A stretch of 64,000 nucleotides of DNA, taken from assembly GCA_944391535.1 (NCBI GenBank), contig CALXTY010000001.1, positions 20-64,019 of the forward strand, read 5' to 3'. A program made the position numbers and the translations under genes. The notes beneath the pieces are model-generated. The model was not told the DNA's origin, made no database searches, and was given only the letters and a program-made list of their open reading frames with translations. The DNA is from an uncultured Alphaproteobacteria bacterium. Lineage in GTDB: Bacteria; Pseudomonadota; Alphaproteobacteria; CAAGCB01; CAG-977. Below are positions 29,308 to 39,649 of the stretch, in pieces (positions within the stretch are counted from its first letter, which is position 1; every line of letters begins with the position of its first letter).

Positions 29308-30429
29308 TTATTTTTTTTCGATCATCAACAACGGGACGCACATTTCTTTTGACGTCATGCCGGAATGATTGGCTTTAAACAAAATCGGATCCCGTTCGCC
29401 CGTAAAATAACGCAACGCCCTTTTGCCGTAAGCGATCGCAACGAAGTCCCCCAAAAAGTCGGGAACCATAAAGTGCATTTTGCCGTTGCCGATAAGGCCT
29501 GTTTTTAAAAATTCGTCTTTTGTGAACAAACGGAAATCATCGGAAAACAGGCGGTTGAAGCAGGCTTGGAAATCATTCAGGGCGTGTTCTTTGACAAAGA
29601 ACGTGATAAATCTGGATTCCAAAGCCGGCGGACGGATCAGCATCTGACACAGATCGGGATAATCGTTTAACGAGATTTCTTCGACATCGATTTCTCCGTG
29701 ATCCGCGGTGATGATCAGCAGGGAATCTTCGAGCCGATCCGCCAACGCTTTCAGATGAATGTCCAGATCTGACAGGATATCCTTGATTTCCTGAGAATAA
29801 CTGCCGTGTTTATGCGCGCTGGCATCAGGTTCTTTCCAATAAGCCGCAAGTAACTTTGAGTGATCGTTTTGTTTGCACAAGGAAAGAATTTGTTCACAAA
29901 AGGCTTTAAAATCAAGAGGATCGTTTCTGTCAAATTTTTGAATTTTGTGAAATTCGACAGACGGATTGCGCGCGGTTATTTTGTCATAAATGGTTTCATA
30001 TTTCAGAATATCCGTTGCCGGCGGCGGCGTTTGTAATTTTTTACCGCTGTAGCAGGCGGTGTTCGGGAAATTTTCGATGATTTCGTCATATTGCTTATAA
30101 TAACTCGACCACCCCAGCCAACCGCTTTCATACGGCGTCAATCCGGAGTGACAAGCCGTTGTCGCCGCTGTCGTTGTCGGCGGAAAGACGGAAAAGATCT
30201 GCGCGGAGATATGCTGTCGGATAAAGCTTGTTTCGGGCAGATTTTGTTCGATCAGATCCGTTCCCATACCGTCAAGGATCATGAAGATGACGTTTTTATA
30301 ATTTTTAGCCAAGCGTTCGTCCAGAATCTTTAAGGAGGAGTGAAACGTGTCGACATGATAATGCTTCAGTAAAGAGTTGCTGAGGGAAACAAGACTGTTG
30401 TCGTAATCGAATTGAAAAGACTTTTGCAT
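29308..30429 (-). CDS. Alkaline-phosphatase-superfamily enzyme (type I phosphodiesterase / nucleotide pyrophosphatase family)
   Basis: MILDGMGTD metal site, FPPTTTAATTACHSGLTPYESGW nucleophile region, and ITADHGE. Confidence 0.6.
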   Translation of the reverse strand: MQKSFQFDYDNSLVSLSNSLLKHYHVDTFHSSLKILDERLAKNYKNVIFMILDGMGTDLIEQNLPETSFIRQHISAQIFSVFPPTTTAATTACHSGLTPYESGWLGWSSYYKQYDEIIENFPNTACYSGKKLQTPPPATDILKYETIYDKITARNPSVEFHKIQKFDRNDPLDFKAFCEQILSLCKQNDHSKLLAAYWKEPDASAHKHGSYSQEIKDILSDLDIHLKALADRLEDSLLIITADHGEIDVEEISLNDYPDLCQMLIRPPALESRFITFFVKEHALNDFQACFNRLFSDDFRLFTKDEFLKTGLIGNGKMHFMVPDFLGDFVAIAYGKRALRYFTGERDPILFKANHSGMTSKEMCVPLLMIEKK

Positions 30430-30440
30430 AAGGGAACTCC

Positions 30441-31667
30441 TTAGAATTCGGGTAATTTTTCGCCTTTTTTCAATCGGTCGGCATATTCGATCGTTGCGGC
30501 GAACAAAACGTCACCGGAAGAATTCAAAGCGGTTTCAACGGAATCCTGAATAACACCCAGCGTAAAGCCTACGGCGACAACCTGCATGGCGATATCGTTT
30601 CCGATGCCGAACAATGAACAGGCCAAAGGAATCAACAGAATGGAACCTCCGGCGACTCCCGAAGTGCCGCACGCGCTGATGGCGGCAAGAATGCTCATCA
30701 CGACAGCGGCGGGCAGAGTTACATCAATGCCCAAAGTATAAGCGGCGGTCATGGCCATAACCGTAATCGTGACGGCGGCGCCGTCCATATTAATGGTTGC
30801 GCCCAAAGGAATGGAAACGGAATAAACGTCTTTATCGAGCTTCAATTCTTCGCACAGTTCCATATTCACGGGAATGTTCGCGGCGGAACTTCTGGTAAAG
30901 AAAGCGGTGATGCCGCTTGATTTCAGACACTTAAAGACCAGCGGATAGGGATTTCGGCGCAGGTAGCAAAAAACGATCAAGGGGTTGACGACCAAAGCGA
31001 CCAGAGCCATCGTCCCGACCAACAGAGCCAGAATTTGTCCGTATGTCGTAAAGATGCTCAAGCCGTTTTCGGAAACGGTTGAAAAGACGATTCCCATAAT
31101 ACCGATCGGAGCGAAGCTGATGATCCAACGCACGACAATCGTCAAAGCGTCCGAGAATTCGGCGACCGTTTTTTTTGTTTCTTCCGAAGCGACTTTTTTC
31201 AAGGCGATGCCGAAGATCACGGCCCAGCACAGAATGCCGATATAGTTTGCGGACAATAAAGCGTTAACGGGGTTGTCGATCAGTTTGAACAAAATGGAAA
31301 GCGTAATTTCTTTTAATCCGCCGGGGGCGTGTTCCTGAGCGGCCTGAATGAACTGCATTTTAACGGGGAAGGCGAAGCTGGTGATAACGGCGACAACCGC
31401 GGCGGAAAAGGTGCTGAACAGGTAAAGAAAGATGATTTTTTTCAACCGTCCGGCATGATTTCCCTGCGCGTTGATCAAAGCGCTCATGACCAACAAAAGC
31501 ACCAGGACGGGGGCGACTGATTTCAACGCATTGATAAAGAATGTCCCCGGCAAAGCGATAACGGCCGCTTCGGGCAGAAAAAGTCCTGCGATCGTACCGA
31601 TCATCAAACCGATGATAATTCGTCCGACCAGACCGATTTGAGAGAAAAAAGAAACGATTTTTTTCAT
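30441..31667 (-). CDS. sstT: Serine/threonine:Na+ symporter SstT (DAACS family)
   Basis: 408 aa. Dicarboxylate/amino-acid:cation symporter family architecture, with N-terminus similar to SstT. Confidence 0.65.
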   Translation of the reverse strand: MKKIVSFFSQIGLVGRIIIGLMIGTIAGLFLPEAAVIALPGTFFINALKSVAPVLVLLLVMSALINAQGNHAGRLKKIIFLYLFSTFSAAVVAVITSFAFPVKMQFIQAAQEHAPGGLKEITLSILFKLIDNPVNALLSANYIGILCWAVIFGIALKKVASEETKKTVAEFSDALTIVVRWIISFAPIGIMGIVFSTVSENGLSIFTTYGQILALLVGTMALVALVVNPLIVFCYLRRNPYPLVFKCLKSSGITAFFTRSSAANIPVNMELCEELKLDKDVYSVSIPLGATINMDGAAVTITVMAMTAAYTLGIDVTLPAAVVMSILAAISACGTSGVAGGSILLIPLACSLFGIGNDIAMQVVAVGFTLGVIQDSVETALNSSGDVLFAATIEYADRLKKGEKLPEF

Positions 31668-31799
31668 GCTTGACCCCCTCGGTTAAAAACTTTTTTCGCT
31701 ACTATATAAAAAATGACAGGTTTTGTAAAAGGAATGATAACTTTTGTCTTGATTGCGCTTGAAAAACATATTTTCTACCCTGAAAGAAAAGGGGGAAGA

Positions 31800-32294
31800 A
31801 TGGTTATCGTTTTTGATAAGATGCAATCAGGCTATACATATGCATACAGCGCCGCTCCGGGATCTGATTTCGATCCGGATTTCACGCCCGATCTGACGCC
31901 GAAAGAAATGTTGGCTCTCGGTGTTTTTGAAGGACACTATATGACGGACTGTCAAAACGAATTCCCGTCCGATTGGTTTGAAAACGCTAAAATTTCTACG
32001 GATAAACCGGACGTTTCCTGCAATTATTTTAAAGTCAAATCACGCCAGTCTTTAAGCGTGTGGCGTCAAAAAGGGTGGATTCTGGAACCAGATCCGCGCG
32101 GTTGGTTTCAATGGTATTGCCGTTATTATATGGGCAGACGGATTGCCGGACTGGATCGGATTCAAATCAGACGCTGGCGGGCGTTTCGCCGGCATAAAGC
32201 GCAGATCGAACACCATTGCTTGCCGTTGGATATGACGTGCCGTTTGCGCCAACGCCAAGCATTGCTCCAATGGGCTTACGATCCGTTTGTTTAA
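31800..32294 (+). CDS. Hypothetical protein (164 aa, Trp/Arg-rich C-terminus)
   Basis: Strong RBS AAAGGGGGAAG before the ATG at 31800 (the ORF track starts at 31713). No recognisable motifs. Confidence 0.35.
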   Translation: MVIVFDKMQSGYTYAYSAAPGSDFDPDFTPDLTPKEMLALGVFEGHYMTDCQNEFPSDWFENAKISTDKPDVSCNYFKVKSRQSLSVWRQKGWILEPDPRGWFQWYCRYYMGRRIAGLDRIQIRRWRAFRRHKAQIEHHCLPLDMTCRLRQRQALLQWAYDPFV

Positions 32295-32464
32295 AGCGGT
32301 TCAATCTGATATTCCTCTTTTTTGACCGCCGGAAATGTCGATGATCGCCTTTTGTTTTTTTTTCGTCGTGTTAAGCGCGCTACAACAGAGCGGATATCTT
32401 AAAAAAACACCCGTCGCATAAAAAACGGCGTGAAAAACACGCCGTTTAATGTCAGTTTTTGGGA

Positions 32465-33238
32465 TTATATCCCCAGTTTTCTGAATTCTTCCAATTCTTC
32501 AACGGTGTTGATATCGGCGGGAGCCGCTTCGTTTAACTTGATTTTGTCAACGATCAACGCCTGCATGTGATATCCGTTTTGCAAGAAACGCAACTGTTCG
32601 AGCTTTTCGCGTTTTTCCAAAACGGCTTCTTTCATCGTCAGGAACTTTTTCAACACGTCCGTTTTAAAGACGTAAATGCCGATATGATGATAATAATCCT
32701 GATACGCGCACGTTTCCGGATCACGGATGTAAGGCGCCAAAGCGCGGGTAAAGTAAACGGCTCTTCCTTGCGTTTCGCCTTTTTCCAATCCCATGACGAT
32801 TTTAACGTTGTTGGGGTTTTCGGCGTCTTTTAAAGATTTAAACACCATGCCGCAGGTGGCGATATCGCAGTTTGTTTCTTCGATAATCTTAATCAGACGG
32901 TTGTTGATGGCGGGATCGACATTGATATTGTCGCCCTGAAAGTTAACGGCGATATCGTATTTTGTGCCGTCCGGATCGATTTGTTTTAACGCCGTGGCGA
33001 TTCTGTCCGTTCCGGAAGGCAGGTTGGGATCGGTCAAAACGCATTGAGCGCCGAATTTTTCGGCTTCCTGCATAATCTTTTCATCACCGCAGGCAATGCA
33101 GACGTCACCGTCAATCGCCGCTTTGACGTTTTCATAAACTCTTTGAATCAAGGTTTTCCCGTTAATATCCAACAACGGTTTGTTCGGCAGACGCGTTGCG
33201 GCCAATCTGACGGGAATCATTGTAATGACTTTACTCAT
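32465..33238 (-). CDS. kdsB: 3-deoxy-manno-octulosonate cytidylyltransferase (CMP-KDO synthetase)
   Basis: MIPVRLAATRLPNKPL N-terminal signature. Start set at MSKVIT (the ORF track extends to 33292). Confidence 0.85.
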   Translation of the reverse strand: MSKVITMIPVRLAATRLPNKPLLDINGKTLIQRVYENVKAAIDGDVCIACGDEKIMQEAEKFGAQCVLTDPNLPSGTDRIATALKQIDPDGTKYDIAVNFQGDNINVDPAINNRLIKIIEETNCDIATCGMVFKSLKDAENPNNVKIVMGLEKGETQGRAVYFTRALAPYIRDPETCAYQDYYHHIGIYVFKTDVLKKFLTMKEAVLEKREKLEQLRFLQNGYHMQALIVDKIKLNEAAPADINTVEELEEFRKLGI

Positions 33239-33254
33239 CTTTTCCTCTTTAGTG

Positions 33255-33911
33255 TTATTTTTGTGCCAATAACCATGTTTTAAATTCTTCAAGACTGTGC
33301 ATTTCGGGAATCCACTTCATGTCTTCGGGCAGATCGGTCGTAAATTCGCAACGATAACGCACGGGGTGCGCGCCGACATTGATGGCGGCGTGCTGATTGT
33401 AAATTCTGTCATCGACCAAGACGGTTTCTTCCGCCTTTAAGCCGTATTTTTCAAAGCATTCCTTAAGCATATCCTCTTTTGCCGTGTCATGCATGAATTT
33501 GCCGTGTTGCACGCATTCGATCGTCAAAAAATCCGTAACGTCTTTTAACAGCTCGTTGAGTAATTTTTTCTTTGTTTCCACGTCAAAAGTGGCGGATAAC
33601 GTGAACTGCTTATACCCTAATTGATTCAGTTCCTTTAATGTTTCCACGACATGGGGATAAAGCGGACGGTTGTTAAAAAATTCGGGAGAATGACAAAAGT
33701 CGTAATCCATTTGCGTTCCCAAAGTCGGATGCGTTTTTAATTCCAACGCGCCGTATTTCGGCTGGATCGGCAGGACTTTGGGCAGATCTTCCCATTTCAG
33801 GCCGACATAGGACTCTTTATAATTCGGGTGGTTTGTCAGAAAGTTGAAATAAGCGAAGTTCAAATTTGCCAAAACGCCGTCAACGTCCCAGAAAATATTT
33901 TTGATAGCCAA
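33255..33911 (-). CDS. HAD-superfamily hydrolase (5'(3')-deoxyribonucleotidase-like)
   Basis: FWDVDGVL motif I and a downstream Asp motif. Sits between rimO and kdsB. Confidence 0.5.
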   Translation of the reverse strand: MAIKNIFWDVDGVLANLNFAYFNFLTNHPNYKESYVGLKWEDLPKVLPIQPKYGALELKTHPTLGTQMDYDFCHSPEFFNNRPLYPHVVETLKELNQLGYKQFTLSATFDVETKKKLLNELLKDVTDFLTIECVQHGKFMHDTAKEDMLKECFEKYGLKAEETVLVDDRIYNQHAAINVGAHPVRYRCEFTTDLPEDMKWIPEMHSLEEFKTWLLAQK

Positions 33912-33976
33912 TTTTTTTCTCCTGATAAAAAGTAAATTAAAATCAGGATAAACGGGGCTTTCTCTGAATGCAAGTG

Positions 33977-35296
33977 TTAAACGGTTTCGCCAAACAGATC
34001 GTAGTCGTCCGCGTCCGTGATTTTGACGTTGACGAATTGTCCGGCTTCAACGGGTTCGGGGCAGGAAAAAAAGACTTTTCCGTCAACGTCCGGTCCGTTG
34101 GAAAAATCCCGTCCGACATAAAGATCTTCCTCTTCGTCAAAGCCTTCGCATAAAACGTTTCTGATCTGACCGATACAGCTTTGTTGATAGTCCTGACTGA
34201 TTTTCGCCTGTTGCGTCATAAGCAGATCAAAACGCTCTTGTTTGATGTCTTCGCCGATCTGATCCGTAAAATCATAAGCGGGCGTTCCTTCTTCCCGGGA
34301 ATAAGCGAACGCGCCCAATCGGTTGAATTTTGTTTCTTTGACAAACTTGAGCAATTCTTCGAACTGTTCGTCCGTTTCCGCCGGAAAACCGACTATCAGC
34401 GTTGTGCGAATGACGATGTCCGGAATTGCGCGGCGAAGCTTTTCGATCACGGATTTGATCTGCGCTTTGTCGCCGTGTCTGTTCATACGCTTTAAAACGG
34501 GATCGCTGATGTGCTGGATCGGCATGTCGATATAGGGTAAGACACGAGGATTGTCACGCATTTCGGCAATGAGTTCGTCCGTTATTTTATCGGGATAACA
34601 ATAAAAGATCCTGATCCACGGAATGTTTGTTTCCTCTTTTAACCGGCGCAACAGTTCCGGTAAGGCGTTCTTTTTATAAAGATCTTCGCCGTAACGCGAA
34701 GTGTCTTCCGCAATCAGATTCAGCTCTTGAATGCCGGCGGCTTCCAGATCCTGCGCTTCCTCAATGATGCTTTCGATCGTGCGGGAACGATAGCGCCCGC
34801 GTATTTTCGGAATGGCGCAATAAGAACAACGGTTGTTGCACCCTTCGGAGATGCGCAGGAAAGCATAGGGCGCGTCATCGGACAACATTCTTTCGCCTTC
34901 AATGGACGTTTGCTCGTAATCTCCGAAGCTTTGATATTTTTCGTTTTTAAAAGACTGCCGGATCGTGTCAACGATTTGATGAATGCCGGCCAATCCCGTC
35001 ACCGCATCGATTTCGGGCAGCTTTTCCAGAATTTGTTCGCGCCAGCGTTCCGCCAGACAACCGGTGACAACCAGCTTTTTTAACTTTCCCGTTTTTTTCA
35101 GTTTGGCAATCTCTTTAATTGTTTGGATTGATTCTTCTTTGGCGTCGCCGATAAAACCGCAAGTGTTAATCAGAATGACTTCCGCTTCTGCGGCGTTTCC
35201 CGTGATTTCGTAATCGGCGTTATCCAAATGCGCCAACATCATTTCGGTGTCGATCGTGTTTTTGGAACACCCCAGAGAAATAAATCCGATTTTCAT
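33977..35296 (-). CDS. rimO: Ribosomal protein S12 methylthiotransferase RimO
   Basis: MTTase N-domain cysteines, radical-SAM CNNRCSYC, and a C-terminal TRAM domain. Size 439 aa. Confidence 0.8.
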   Translation of the reverse strand: MKIGFISLGCSKNTIDTEMMLAHLDNADYEITGNAAEAEVILINTCGFIGDAKEESIQTIKEIAKLKKTGKLKKLVVTGCLAERWREQILEKLPEIDAVTGLAGIHQIVDTIRQSFKNEKYQSFGDYEQTSIEGERMLSDDAPYAFLRISEGCNNRCSYCAIPKIRGRYRSRTIESIIEEAQDLEAAGIQELNLIAEDTSRYGEDLYKKNALPELLRRLKEETNIPWIRIFYCYPDKITDELIAEMRDNPRVLPYIDMPIQHISDPVLKRMNRHGDKAQIKSVIEKLRRAIPDIVIRTTLIVGFPAETDEQFEELLKFVKETKFNRLGAFAYSREEGTPAYDFTDQIGEDIKQERFDLLMTQQAKISQDYQQSCIGQIRNVLCEGFDEEEDLYVGRDFSNGPDVDGKVFFSCPEPVEAGQFVNVKITDADDYDLFGETV

Positions 35297-35354
35297 GCAG
35301 TCCTGCCCTTAAAATTTTTTCGGTATAATAAACGCCGGTAACGGAAAGTCAAAC

Positions 35355-35780
35355 CTATAAACGATTTATTTTGTTTTTTTCCGATTTAAGCAAGTCTTTT
35401 AAAGAGATTTCTTTCATTTGTTTTCTGATTTTTTTATTCAGCGAAGCCCAGACTTTGCACGCCGAACAATTTTCGGATTTCGGACAAAAATCTTTGTCAA
35501 AGACGCAATCGACCAGAGCGATGTTTCCTTCCATAGCCTCGACGATTTCCAAAAGCGAGATTTCTTTGGGCGGTTTTGCCAGCATGAAGCCGCCTTTTGC
35601 GCCGCGGAAAGAATCAACCAGACCGGTCTGATTCAGTTTCAGGATCAACCGGCTGATATATTTTTCTGAGATTTCTTGAGAAGAAGCGATATCTTTCATC
35701 AGTCTGGGTTCCTCTTTGGCATACAGAGCCAGATCGAGTAAAATTCTTAATCCGTAGCGTCCTTTGGTTGATATTTTCAT
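35355..35780 (-). CDS. Rrf2-family transcriptional regulator (IscR/CymR-like, Cys-containing)
   Basis: wHTH N-terminus (MKISTKGRYGLRILLDLA) and a C-x-x-C-x-x-x-C-type cysteine cluster. Divergent from cysK. Confidence 0.75.
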   Translation of the reverse strand: MKISTKGRYGLRILLDLALYAKEEPRLMKDIASSQEISEKYISRLILKLNQTGLVDSFRGAKGGFMLAKPPKEISLLEIVEAMEGNIALVDCVFDKDFCPKSENCSACKVWASLNKKIRKQMKEISLKDLLKSEKNKINRL

Positions 35781-35849
35781 GACGGAGCCTTTTTTTAAGA
35801 GAAGATGTTTTTTATACTACCATTTCAGTCAGGATTGACAAACGAAATA

Positions 35850-35868
35850 AAAGTTTTATTTCAACTTT
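35850..35868. promoter_or_regulatory. Inverted repeat AAAGTT-n7-AACTTT in the Rrf2/cysK divergent intergenic region (candidate operator)
   Basis: Perfect 6-bp dyad overlapping a putative cysK promoter (TAGAAT -10 at 35877-35882). Confidence 0.25.
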
Positions 35869-35923
35869 AAAAGTCATAGAATGGCGGGCAACGGTCAATC
35901 TTTATTTTGAAAGAAGAAAAACA

Positions 35924-36856
35924 ATGGCGAAGATATACAAGACGGTTTCGGAATTAATCGGTCACACCCCTTTGATGGAATTATCGAAATATGAAAAAGC
36001 CGAAGGAGCAAAGGCTTTGATTTTAGCCAAGTTGGAAATGTTCAATCCGGCGGGATCGGTCAAGGATCGGGTGGCGAAATCGATGATTGACGATGCGGAA
36101 AACAGGGGGCTTTTAAAAGAAGGATCCGTCATTGTGGAACCGACCAGCGGGAACACAGGGATCGGTTTGGCGTGTGTCGGGTTGTCGCGCGGTTATAAAG
36201 TGATATTGACGATGCCCGAAACGATGAGTGTCGAGCGGCGCAGTTTGTTAAAAGCGTACGGGGCGCAGATTGTTTTGACGGACGGATCGAAAGGCATGGC
36301 GGGCGCGGTTGAAAAAGCCGAAGAAATCGCCAAGCAAACGCCGAACAGCTTTATTCCGGGACAATTTTCGAACCCGTCCAATCCGGCGATTCACGAAAAG
36401 ACGACCGGTCCCGAAATCTGGCAGGATACGGACGGGAAGGTTGACTTTTTTGTTGCGGGAGTCGGTACCGGCGGGACATTGACGGGTGTCGGGCGTTATT
36501 TGAAAGCGCAAAATCCGAATGTTAAGATCATTGCCGTGGAACCGGATTCTTCTCCCCTTTTGTCGGAAGGCAAAGCGGGACCGCACGGATTGCAGGGGAT
36601 CGGGGCGAATTTTGTTCCCGAAACGCTGGATCGCGGCATTTATGACGAAATTATTCGCGTTACGGACGAACAAGCGTATGAAACAGGGCGTCTTTTGGCG
36701 CGTCGGGAAGGGCTGTTGGTCGGCATTTCTTCTGCGGCGGCCGTTTATGCGGCTTTGCAAATCGCCAAACGAGAAGAAAATGAAGGAAAGACGATCGTCG
36801 CTTTGTTGCCTGATACCGGCGAAAGATATCTGTCAACGCCAATGCTTTCGGAATAA
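35924..36856 (+). CDS. cysK: Cysteine synthase A (O-acetylserine sulfhydrylase)
   Basis: PLP-lysine motif NPAGSVKDR, the TSGNTG loop, and the GTGGT glycine-rich loop. Confidence 0.9.
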   Translation: MAKIYKTVSELIGHTPLMELSKYEKAEGAKALILAKLEMFNPAGSVKDRVAKSMIDDAENRGLLKEGSVIVEPTSGNTGIGLACVGLSRGYKVILTMPETMSVERRSLLKAYGAQIVLTDGSKGMAGAVEKAEEIAKQTPNSFIPGQFSNPSNPAIHEKTTGPEIWQDTDGKVDFFVAGVGTGGTLTGVGRYLKAQNPNVKIIAVEPDSSPLLSEGKAGPHGLQGIGANFVPETLDRGIYDEIIRVTDEQAYETGRLLARREGLLVGISSAAAVYAALQIAKREENEGKTIVALLPDTGERYLSTPMLSE

Positions 36857-36859
36857 AAC

Positions 36860-37930
36860 TTAGAAAGTTGATTTTTCAAGGGTTACGGTCGTATCCAATC
36901 GTAATAACAGGTCGGTCAGACGTCTCAGGAAATCACCTCTGAGAACACGCAGAGGGACTTCTTTTCCCTGTTTGCTTTGGAAACTGATTTTATCCGGAGA
37001 TTTAATAAAGTTTGCAATCGTTTGCGCGATATCGGCGTTTCTTTGCCTGTGCGCATTGGAAAAAGACAGGTAAGAGACTATTTTTTGAATGCCTTTATTA
37101 CTCAATTCGGCGGGGCTGGGGGTATTGGGTTGACGCAAGTAAAGCGTGTCGATGTATTTTTTATATCCTTGCACCAAAGCTTTTTCCGTATAGGCAAAAG
37201 ACAAAGACGAAACGGAAGCGCCGTCTAAGAAGTTTTTCAAATCCGTCAACGAATTTCCTTTTTGAACCAAGTGTTTAAAGGCTAACAACAGCTGTCCCTG
37301 CTGCGCGTTGGAAATGTTTTCAAAAGTGATTGAGCCGCCCCAATGCCCCAGACATTTATCATCAATATCGGCTTTCAGGATCATTTTTTTAGCTTGCGGG
37401 TAATACGTATATTCTCCTTTAACGTTGGCGGATACATGATTGCATCCGGCCAATAACAAAGCATACAGAGGATTATCAATCAAATCTTGGGCAGGATTGA
37501 AAAAGGCTAAGGTATCAATAACGTTTTCATCCGATTTTTTTAACAGCCGTGCGATATCGATCAGGCGGAAAGAAACGTTTTTTGCACTAAAAGACAATTT
37601 TGTGGCGATATGATTTGTTTCTTTATAGTGGTGAACGACGAAGGTTTTTATAGTATTTTTTAAAGCGGGCAAGTCATTTAAACGAACTGACACATCTTTT
37701 AAGACGGCAAGATCGGAAACGGATAGATCCAAATTTTGATAAGAGATGGCGTTGCTTAGTTTATTGCGGTTTAAAAAGTTATGGATATTTTTTTGTTCTT
37801 CGTCTTTTTGCAAGAAGACCATGAAAACACCGCAAGCCGTAAACAGCAGAAGCAGAATCGTTACGGCGACCCACATACTTTTTGTCATGAATCGTTCTCC
37901 TGTCTGTACGGGGCGTGATAAGGCATCCAA
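36860..37930 (-). CDS. Hypothetical membrane-anchored periplasmic protein
   Basis: N-terminal TM and no known motifs. Overlaps the upstream unknown gene by 46 nt (operon). Confidence 0.4.
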   Translation of the reverse strand: MDALSRPVQTGERFMTKSMWVAVTILLLLFTACGVFMVFLQKDEEQKNIHNFLNRNKLSNAISYQNLDLSVSDLAVLKDVSVRLNDLPALKNTIKTFVVHHYKETNHIATKLSFSAKNVSFRLIDIARLLKKSDENVIDTLAFFNPAQDLIDNPLYALLLAGCNHVSANVKGEYTYYPQAKKMILKADIDDKCLGHWGGSITFENISNAQQGQLLLAFKHLVQKGNSLTDLKNFLDGASVSSLSFAYTEKALVQGYKKYIDTLYLRQPNTPSPAELSNKGIQKIVSYLSFSNAHRQRNADIAQTIANFIKSPDKISFQSKQGKEVPLRVLRGDFLRRLTDLLLRLDTTVTLEKSTF

Positions 37931-39588
37931 TTGGGTTTTTCATGTCTTTTGCGGATCAAACCGATCAAGTCGGCGACTTCGGCACAAGCTTCCTGTTCAC
38001 ACGCGGCGGCGGAAGACAATTCCAGAACACCTTCGGCGAAAGGAGCCGTTTTTTTGTGTTGTTTTTTTTCTTCCGACGTCATCAAACGCAGTCTGCCGCT
38101 GACAATATGCCATCCCGTCCGGTTTAACAAACCGCTGGTTTGCGTGATCAGGAATTCCGACGGCCATTGAGCCCATGCTTTATCCAGTCCTAAAGAAGCG
38201 ACATTTACCAACATATTTACCCTGATGGGTTTTTGTGTGATTGCCGTGGCTGTCAACATTGCGGGCAGGTTATCGATTTTGTCGACGCCGATCATATAAG
38301 CCAGTCTTCCCAAGTAATCGGATTTTGTCAATTCATTATAATCGGCCATCATCAGCTGATGTTCGCGTAAATCTTCGGCTCGTCTGGCATTTTCCCGCAA
38401 GCGTGCCAGATTTTGAGTTTTATCGGAAACGATGGTCCATTTTCCCCCCGGTTTTCGTTCCAGAACAGCGGCATAAATTAATTTTTCTTCCGCACTTTCC
38501 GTATCGGTATTTTTTGTTTCCGGCAGATCCATTCCCGGTATGCCCTGAGGAACGGTTGTCGCAAAGAATTTCATTTGTCTGGCGCCGAGGCAGAAGATAT
38601 CTGCAAAGCTTTCCGCCGTTCTCAGAATGTTATCGGTGACGGTATTTTCCAAAAACAGCTCTTCGTTTTCCGTTACGGCGGCAATTGTGAAAGGCGCGCA
38701 CCCCGACCATGGAGAGTAGCCCCCGTTTTTTTTGTTACGTTGACTTTTTAAGAAACCCAGATAGTGAATTTTTAATTCTGGATCCGAATCGATCAGGTAG
38801 CTGAGGATTTGATTGTTTTTATCTGCGCCGTAACGGTTCAGCAGGACAAGGTTGAGATTTTTTCGACCGGTAAAGCGTCCTTCCGTGAAATAGCCGTCAA
38901 GAGTTGTTTCCAGATGTCCCTTTTCATTAAAAACGGAGACTTCCGCACGTCCATAGATCAGGTTTTCCGAACAAGAATTGCTGCCGACGCTAATGAACCA
39001 GTTTTTAACGTTATCGGCTGTTTTATCGGTTGTATAAAGAATGGAGCAACTTTTATCTTTGGAATAAATTCTGTGTTCCAGAGCCGTTTGCGGATCAATA
39101 TGTGCGACAATTTTTTGTTTTCCCGCCGGCGGAGCCCATTCTTTGACGGGGAAACCGTCTTTGGATCGAGCGGTATTGACGGCGGCGGCTTGTAATTGTC
39201 GGATTTTTACTTTGAGCGTGCCTTTTTCCGGTTTCCAGTTGTCTGTTGCCGAAGCCGATCCCTGATAGACCAAAGTGTTTGCGCTGTATCCGTCAATTAG
39301 TGCTTGCAAGGCGGAAGGGCATTTGTTGTTTAAAACCAATGCGACTTTTGTCATTAAAGCATTCAATGCTTTTTCTTTGAACGCGGATTCTTCTTGCGCG
39401 AAGATTTTTAAATTTAATATGTCGTCGCACCATTGCCCTGAATTGGCTTCGGCGAATACTTCGACGCCTTCTTTTTCGGAATAGGCGATTCTTTTCATTT
39501 CATGTCCAGTTTGTATGTCAAGCGTTTGAGCGCTTGCCCGAATTGTCATGAAAAAAAATAAAGTCGCTGTTTTAAAAAAACTGTTCAT
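37885..39588 (-). CDS. Hypothetical secreted protein (567 aa)
   Basis: Signal peptide MNSFFKTATLFFFMTIRASAQ. No recognisable domains. Confidence 0.4.
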   Translation of the reverse strand: MNSFFKTATLFFFMTIRASAQTLDIQTGHEMKRIAYSEKEGVEVFAEANSGQWCDDILNLKIFAQEESAFKEKALNALMTKVALVLNNKCPSALQALIDGYSANTLVYQGSASATDNWKPEKGTLKVKIRQLQAAAVNTARSKDGFPVKEWAPPAGKQKIVAHIDPQTALEHRIYSKDKSCSILYTTDKTADNVKNWFISVGSNSCSENLIYGRAEVSVFNEKGHLETTLDGYFTEGRFTGRKNLNLVLLNRYGADKNNQILSYLIDSDPELKIHYLGFLKSQRNKKNGGYSPWSGCAPFTIAAVTENEELFLENTVTDNILRTAESFADIFCLGARQMKFFATTVPQGIPGMDLPETKNTDTESAEEKLIYAAVLERKPGGKWTIVSDKTQNLARLRENARRAEDLREHQLMMADYNELTKSDYLGRLAYMIGVDKIDNLPAMLTATAITQKPIRVNMLVNVASLGLDKAWAQWPSEFLITQTSGLLNRTGWHIVSGRLRLMTSEEKKQHKKTAPFAEGVLELSSAAACEQEACAEVADLIGLIRKRHEKPNWMPYHAPYRQENDS

Positions 39589-39649
39589 GTCGGCAACTAT
39601 AAAATATAATTGACAAAAATGACAGTATTAAAACGAAAAGGAAGAAAAA

